A stretch of 64,000 nt of DNA from Candidatus Hatepunaea meridiana (GTDB lineage Bacteria; Electryoneota; AABM5-125-24; Hatepunaeales; Hatepunaeaceae), in assembly GCA_030765125.1 (NCBI GenBank), contig JAVCDD010000176.1, forward strand, positions 220 through 64,219. Direction: 5' to 3'. The translations under genes were made by a program, and so were the position numbers. The notes beneath the pieces were generated by a model. It made no database searches. It was not told the origin of the DNA and saw only the letters and a program-made list of their open reading frames with translations. Below are positions 58,111-64,000 of this stretch, piece by piece. Positions within the stretch are counted from its first letter, which is position 1, and every line of letters starts with the position of its first letter.

Positions 58111-58183
58111 AGGCGGCGATCGGACTCGAACCGATGAATAGAGGTTTTGCAGACCTCCGCCTTAGCCACTTGGCTACGCCGCC
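58111..58183 (-). tRNA. tRNA-Cys (anticodon GCA)
   Basis: Acceptor GGCGGCG/CGCCGCC. Anticodon stem GAGGT/ACCTC, loop CTGCAAA. T-arm ATCGG-TTCGAGT-CCGAT. Confidence 0.8.
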
Positions 58184-58464
58184 ATATTGATTATTTCATA
58201 AACTATAAACGAGCTATTAAATATAAGATAGTCATTGCTGAATGTCAATACATACTGTTGCTTAATTGTAATTATTTGAGCCTGAAACATAAGTTATTAA
58301 CCCGACTGTTAAATAGTAAACGTTGCGTTACTGTTAGGTTCAAGCGAAGCGTAACCTGACGGAAACGTGTATTCTATTAAGCGGTCTGGTTAATAAATCT
58401 GATACAAATATTTATACCTATTCACGAAATTACTTGAATGATCCTGTTGAAATAGTATAGAGTT

Positions 58465-58548
58465 CCCGCTGGCAGACGCCCTCGTCTGGCAGTTAAGTAA
58501 TTGATATACAAAGAAGTAAGCTGTCAGACGAGGGCGTCTGCCAGCGGG
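58465..58548. repeat. REP-E copy (cccgctggcagacgccctcgtctggcag ... ctgtcagacgagggcgtctgccagcggg)
   Basis: Matches 21737-21817. A REP-F fragment lies at 58330-58365. Confidence 0.55.
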
Positions 58549-58734
58549 GACTCTGACTTAATCAATAGAATCTTAAATCACGTTTCTCCTTTCCACATTC
58601 ACTTGCGATTGACATTAAAATATGATAATTTACAGATGTCATGTTTCATTATCCTTTGATCGAGTTCTTGCACAGCCCGTGAATTTTCAACATACCTGAA
58701 ATAAATACCTTTTCCAAACTATGGAGGATATCCA

Positions 58735-61356
58735 ATGCGCACATTCAAACCCTTTATACTATTACTCTCAATACTACTATTGGGATACTCAATTAATGCG
58801 AATGCTGACATTATTGAGGTTCCGGAGGATCGCAACACGATTCAATCTGGTATTAACGCTGCTGATGACGGTGATACTGTCCTTGTACATCCTGGTGAAT
58901 ACCGCGAAAACATTGACTTCGGTGGCAGGACGATTACTGTCGGAAGCTTGTTTCTTACTACCGGAGACGAAGCCTATATTGATTCAACTGTAATAGATGG
59001 CAACGACAACGGACCGGTTGTTCACTTTCATAACCGCGAAAGCGCTGATGCACGCCTCAGTGGTTTCATTCTCGAGAACGGGTCAGGTTATCGAAGTGGC
59101 GAAAACACTTTCGGCGGAGCTATACATAACTGGGTAAATTCCAGCCCGACACTCGACCACCTGATTATCCAGAATAGCAGCGCTACCAATGGAGGCGGCA
59201 TCTACTGCCAGGATACCGAACACCAGATTATTTCGCATGTTACTATTAAAAATTGTTCTGCAACCTACGGCGGTGGGATAAGGCTCCTTCGTGGCAGCGC
59301 TGCTCTGGATTATGTGTGTTTACACGACAACAGCGCTCAGAGTGTCGGTGGTGCAATGCAGATTGTCTGGGCGGCTGATGCGCTCTTAGTTAACGTAACT
59401 ATGTGTCGAAATTCATCCCCGCGTGGTGGTGGTATATACATCAGCGCTACCGGTGAGCAAAACACTGTATCTACAGCCGAATTGGTGAATACTATCATTT
59501 GGGGAAACAGCGATAATAATATCTATTTTTCCTCTTCTTATGAACCGTCTACAATGAGCTTCGATTACTGTGACATTGAAGGAGGCGAGGATGATATATT
59601 GCTTAATAACAACGGAGAAATCGCCTGGGGTGATGGAAATATTGACGATGATCCGGATTTTGTAGATGCCGACGATGGTGATTTTCATCTTGAGGATGGC
59701 AGTCCCTGCATAAACACCGGCAGTCCCGAATCACCTGAAGACCCAGATGGCTCACGAGCGGACATAGGAGCGTTTCCTTTCTTCTCGCAGAATGCTTTTC
59801 TAAAAGGGCGAGTACTCGATATTGAGGATAACAACCCATTATCTGAAGCGATCGTTATAACATCTCTCGGACAGGAAGCGGTTACCAATGAAGAAGGCTT
59901 CTGGGAGATTGAAAACGCCTGGACGGGTGCATTCAACGTAACCGCCTCAAAATCAGGCTATAATGATTCTACACAAATCGACCTCAGGTTACGGATTGAT
60001 GACACTTTAAGAGTCAACTTCAGCCTTCGTCATCCGGAGTTCATTGCCGATCCGGATGAAATTAACGTTGAATTACCACAAGGTAATTCAACCGAAGTTG
60101 GACTATCCGTTTTTAACACCGGAAACGGACCTCTTGAATTAACGGTTGAACCGCGAACGCGCGGAGAAGAAGCCGCTGAGCCTTGGGAGTTAAGAAGGTC
60201 TGTCAATGTTGGTTTTTTACTTGATGACAATCAGATTCACGGCGTCGCCTTTGCAGAAAACCAGTTCTTTGTTTCAGGAACCAACGGTGATGATCCACCG
60301 ATCATCTATGTCCTGAATCGTGAAGGGGATATGACTGGCAGCTTTGAACAGGTCGGCAGAAACCGCATCGGAATGCGTGACCTCGCTTACGATGGAAATC
60401 TGATATGGGGTTCCGGTGAAGGCACGGTATTCGGATTTACAACTGACGGAGAACAGGAAAACAGCTTCCAGGGACCTTTCAATCAGAATACAGCGATTGC
60501 CTGGGATCCCGATAATGATCTGCTATGGATATGCGGTACGATCAGCGAATACATAGCGGGTTATGACCGGTTCGGTGACGAGGTTATGGCGGTGGATCCT
60601 ATCGTGAGGAATATTTTCGGTCTCGCTTATTGGCAAGACGATCCGGATGAGCATTGTTTATACCTTTTCCATAGTCCGGGCGCTGAGAGGCAGATTGTCA
60701 GCAAGATAAATGTAAACACTAACGACATTATCGAAGTCATTGAACTCGAACCTGAAGGCGGCGGTCGTCCGGTTGGAACGTTTATCTGCAATACTTACGA
60801 TCCGATGAGCTGGGTATTTATGGATGTTTCCAATCCGGGTGAGAATGACCGCATTGATATTTGGCAGCTTTCCGCTCGATCCGGTTGGTTCGAGATTGAT
60901 CCTGTCGAAGGAGAGATTCCTCCAGGTGAGTCTACTGATTTCATAATTACATTTGACGCCTCTGACTTGATCCCGAACAGTTACGAAGGCGAATTGTACT
61001 TCCGGCATAACGCCGACGGTGAAGAGATGGCTTTACCTGTCACACTGGATGTGCAAGAGAATTCCGTTCGCGAAGGTTTAAGTATAATTCCTGATGAATT
61101 CCACTTTTCAGAACCTTATCCAAACCCATTCAATGCAACCATGAAAATCTCGTACAGCCTGCCTGTTTCCTCTTCAGTATTGATTCGAGTATATGACGTT
61201 TATGGTCGATTGATTGCTACACTGGTTAACGCTGAATTGTCAGCCGGTAATTATTCAACCGAGTGGAATGGGTTGTCAAACGCTTCAGGAGTGTATTTTG
61301 TGAAGATGGAAGCGGTTGACTTCTATGAATTCCGCAAGGTTACATTATTGAAGTGA
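58735..61356 (+). CDS. Secreted beta-helix repeat protein with beta-propeller-like C-region and T9SS C-terminal domain (paralog of 133-2772)
   Basis: Signal peptide MRTFKPFILLLSILLLGYSINANA. N-module DIIEVPEDRNTIQSGINAADDGDTVLVHPGEYRENIDFGGRTITVGSLFLTTGDEAYIDSTVIDG. Repeated WGSGEGTVFGFT/IAWDPDNDLLWICG motifs. CTD YPNPFNATMKISYSL...ASGVYFVKMEA. Confidence 0.7.
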   Translation: MRTFKPFILLLSILLLGYSINANADIIEVPEDRNTIQSGINAADDGDTVLVHPGEYRENIDFGGRTITVGSLFLTTGDEAYIDSTVIDGNDNGPVVHFHNRESADARLSGFILENGSGYRSGENTFGGAIHNWVNSSPTLDHLIIQNSSATNGGGIYCQDTEHQIISHVTIKNCSATYGGGIRLLRGSAALDYVCLHDNSAQSVGGAMQIVWAADALLVNVTMCRNSSPRGGGIYISATGEQNTVSTAELVNTIIWGNSDNNIYFSSSYEPSTMSFDYCDIEGGEDDILLNNNGEIAWGDGNIDDDPDFVDADDGDFHLEDGSPCINTGSPESPEDPDGSRADIGAFPFFSQNAFLKGRVLDIEDNNPLSEAIVITSLGQEAVTNEEGFWEIENAWTGAFNVTASKSGYNDSTQIDLRLRIDDTLRVNFSLRHPEFIADPDEINVELPQGNSTEVGLSVFNTGNGPLELTVEPRTRGEEAAEPWELRRSVNVGFLLDDNQIHGVAFAENQFFVSGTNGDDPPIIYVLNREGDMTGSFEQVGRNRIGMRDLAYDGNLIWGSGEGTVFGFTTDGEQENSFQGPFNQNTAIAWDPDNDLLWICGTISEYIAGYDRFGDEVMAVDPIVRNIFGLAYWQDDPDEHCLYLFHSPGAERQIVSKINVNTNDIIEVIELEPEGGGRPVGTFICNTYDPMSWVFMDVSNPGENDRIDIWQLSARSGWFEIDPVEGEIPPGESTDFIITFDASDLIPNSYEGELYFRHNADGEEMALPVTLDVQENSVREGLSIIPDEFHFSEPYPNPFNATMKISYSLPVSSSVLIRVYDVYGRLIATLVNAELSAGNYSTEWNGLSNASGVYFVKMEAVDFYEFRKVTLLK

Positions 61357-61652
61357 AAGAATGAAAATAGAGTTCAGAGTTCGACCTTTAGGTTGTTTTT
61401 CCTTCTTGAACTAACGAAGTGAATTCCAAATCCAACACACTAAAGTGCGAACTCTGAACATATTTTTAAAGAAATGACAGATTTATCGCCATTATTTGTA
61501 TCGTTGTATATGATTTTCCAAATACGTCGGAATATTTTGAAAAACTACTACTTACGAACTATTTCCTTCTGCATTTTCCCCTTTTTAACTTGATAACTTG
61601 ATAACTTGATACTTGACTTTCCATCATAACGTAATTATCTTATTTGGTTATG

Positions 61653-61785
61653 CCTTTAGCTCAGCCGGAGTAGCGCAGCTTGCTGCGCGCTCGCAAGCAG
61701 ACACGCATGCGCCACCGTGCAAGAACGCAGCAAGCTGCGCTACTCTGGTATTATTAAGTTTATACATTGCTGAGCTAAAGGCATA
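61653..61785. repeat. Large nested palindrome (atgcctttagctcagc...gctgagctaaaggcat, with inner ggagtagcgcagcttgctgcg/cgcagcaagctgcgctactc) in the upstream region of the 61921 gene
   Basis: Read directly. (aacttgat)x3 direct repeat at 61585-61612 just upstream. Confidence 0.45.
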
Positions 61786-61920
61786 ACCGATTATCTTATT
61801 TATAGATATTTCATCCCGTAAACTAAACCTATTAACATTTATAACCCGTCCAGCTAATTCCCACATTGAACTGCTATACTTGGGCGTAACCCTATTAGTC
61901 AATATTTCTTAAGGAGAAAT

Positions 61921-64000
61921 CATGTTGAAATTTAAGGACGTCAGGTGGTTGATAGCGCTGTTGCTTTGTGCGCTGTTGAATTATCCTGCGCTCAGTGACG
62001 TTACAGTTGATCCCTTTGGCTTCGCTGTTGTTTCCGATGCCGGTGATTCGCACGAAATGGAAATGATCCTTGCCAACAATGGGAACGACGAAGTAGAATT
62101 CAGCCTTGTGCTTATGCCTCAGGTTCTGGATGAGGAAGATAGAATGTTCCCGGGACGCGATGACCGAAGCGATCCCGATGAAGCCGGCTACGAGTGGCGC
62201 GATGGTGAAGAAGACGACTGCCCGCCCTACGCATGGATTGACATCTCGGATTTCGACGACGTAGAGGACATCGAACATCTGGCGGATGACAGTTCTGCTG
62301 GTGAATTTGAGTTCGGATTCACCCTTGAATACTACGGAAACGAATTCGATCAGATAGCCATCTTTCCTAACGGTATGGCAGTCCTTGGTGAAGATCCAGG
62401 TGATATCATCTACTTCTATCCAATAAGTCAATGGCAGGAAGACTTGCCTACAGACTACTCTGATGGTGGAGATACACCCACTCCCCCACCGAATCTTCTC
62501 TGCGTGAACTTCCAGGACTTGAATCCATCGGTTGCCGGTCATATCTATTTCTGGTCGGATAGAACTATGGCGGTTTGCACCTGGGAAGATGTCCCTCATT
62601 TCGTTGACGCACAAGCTGAGGGTGATCTCTGGACTTTCCAGGTTGTCATCTATGCAAGTGGATTAATAAAATATCAAATTGCTGAGACAGGTGAGTACGA
62701 CGGTGAAGACGTTATGATTGGCTTTCAGAACCAGGATCGCGACCTCGGTTTTACAGTAATGAGAAATGATTTTGATTACCTGGAAGCTGAGGGTGTAGTT
62801 GCCTTCGGTCCCGAAGAAGCCTGGATTACATGGGCGGAGGTTGACCCCATTTCCGGTGAAATTCCCAGAGGTGAGGAAGAGATTATCACGGTAACTTTCA
62901 ACACTGAGAATATCGAAACCGGACTGTATTATGCCCAACTTGCAATAAACGTTGACGATCCGGCGGAAGAAGCGCCATACACCATCCGGATACCACTTCT
63001 CTTATCGGTTGAATCCCCAGTCGGCGCCATAGAAGGAACAGTTACTGACGCCTTAAACGATGAAGCGATAGAGGGCGTTCCCGTTATGCTGGAACCCTTC
63101 GGCTTAATGAGACTCACCGATGACCAAGGCAGTTACGAAATGGCAAATATTCCTGTCGGTGATGAATACAGATTGACCTGCACCGTTCCCGATTATCTGC
63201 CGTTTGTATTGGAAGATGTGGAAGTTACAGAGGACGAAGCTACAGACGGCTCGATGGCTCTGCTCCACGCCGAATGCAATCCCAGTCGAGATGTAATCCG
63301 TGTCATACTGCCTGCTGATGAGGATATGCACGTCGAATTTGAGGTTTCCAACAACGGTAATGGTGATCTGGAATATATAGTTGAACGCAGGTTATTAGGT
63401 GGTGCTAACGCTGAGCCCGGGGATCTTCGCGAATCCATCGTCCTCGGTGAAGCCCTTGAAGACATCAGGTTAGAGGGCGCTGTTTTCAATGGTCAGTACT
63501 TCTATGTATCCGGTGCAAATGTCTGGAACCGTGAAGATGGTCCTAATATGATCTATGTCGTCAACCGAGATGGAGAGATGGTAAATGAATTTGAGCAAGC
63601 CGGTGAGTCACACTACGGGATGCGCGATCTGGCATGGGATGGGGAACTGATCTGGGGATCAGGCGAGCGAAACATCTACGGATTCACACCTGATGGTGAG
63701 GTTCTGGATACTATCATAGGTCCTTATGACAACAACCGCGCGCTAGCTTGGGATCCCGACCGGAACCTGATGTGGGCTTGCGGAACTACATCTCCGCTTA
63801 TAGTCGGCGTCACATTAGAAGGGGAAGAAGAAATCGAGTTGGAACGCAACGGACTTCGTATCTATGGACTTGCTTATTGGCAAGATGATCCGGATGGTTT
63901 TCAGTTGTATATCTACCACTATCCCGGTGATGATATTCATCAGATGGTTCATAAGATAGATCCTGGTGAAGGAGATACAATGTTGGTCTGGGCATCGGAT
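61921..64000 (+). CDS. Secreted protein (5' partial in window; continues beyond 64000) carrying the same beta-propeller-like repeat region as the 133 and 58735 genes
   Basis: Signal peptide MLKFKDVRWLIALLLCALLNYPALS. ...YFYVSGANVWNREDGPNMIYVVNRDGEMVNEFEQAGESHYGMRDLAWDGELIWGSGERNIYGFT... aligns with paralogs. No stop codon before the window end. Confidence 0.6.

Noticed and set aside
57821-58183. tRNA cluster as an integration site for the phage-like region
   Set aside because: The phage-like module is about 30 kb away with many housekeeping genes between. No integrase or direct repeat of a tRNA 3' end was seen in the window.
61895-63489. Minus-strand ORFs (239 aa at 61895-62614 and others) opposite the 61921 gene
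   Set aside because: Overlap a plus-strand CDS that carries conserved paralog motifs; shadow ORFs.
1-64000. CRISPR array search
   Set aside because: Tandem repeats present (heptamer and octamer words, 24 bp x2 at 15968-16020) are too short and lack unique spacers of 26-40 bp. No cas-like genes.

Overview
This 64 kb window is dense with short dispersed repeats and, from the T9SS-type C-terminal sorting domains on its secreted proteins, probably comes from an FCB-group bacterium (inference).

Coding content:
(i) Several paralogous secreted proteins share a conserved N-terminus 'INVPDDFE..I..AI.ES.DGDTVLV.PGEY.ENI.F.GK.I.V.S', GGGI-type right-handed beta-helix repeats and a T9SS C-terminal sorting domain (PNPFN...LPSGLYFV). 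Three sit in tandem with identical gene junctions at 133-5854; further members are at 58735-61356 and 61921->64000. The same N-terminal module is also fused to an S8 subtilase (33920-37861).
(ii) A redox cluster spans 6147-15756: etfB, etfA, a NuoE-like 2Fe-2S protein, a large HydB/NuoF-like protein fused to a GltD/NfnB-like FAD/NAD(P) oxidoreductase, a NuoG/HydA-N-terminal-like ferredoxin and a GltB-type FMN (glutamate-synthase-family) protein.
(iii) A phage-like head and packaging module lies on the minus strand at 19368-27155: large terminase with the KSRQ and DxxDALRY motifs, a putative portal and a putative major capsid protein. No tail genes or integrase are visible. Downstream are small membrane proteins and an N-terminally truncated amidase_2 endolysin remnant (16019-16378), so this looks like a degraded prophage or satellite.
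(iv) Three further T9SS-linked peptidases: an HEXXH metallopeptidase with T9SS CTD (27619-30567), an S9 peptidase (31583-33520), and the very large S8 subtilase with beta-helix and T9SS CTD.
(v) A housekeeping block, all on the minus strand: mnmA, iscS, rdgB, an ECF sigma/anti-sigma pair, holA, a GATase1 hydrolase, an amidohydrolase, rny, a candidate 6S RNA, zapA, pheT, pheS, rplT, rpmI, infC, thrS and tRNA-Val/Leu/Cys. An AT-rich HEPN-motif gene is inserted between pheS and pheT.

Non-coding content: nearly every intergenic region carries members of at least seven palindromic REP-like repeat families. Separately, a ~90 bp MITE-like element with ~26 bp terminal inverted repeats occurs four times, twice as a larger composite with another repeat. 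There are also octamer-periodic ATTGTT/AACAAT arrays, and REP-like motifs inserted in-frame inside protease genes. No CRISPR array was found.
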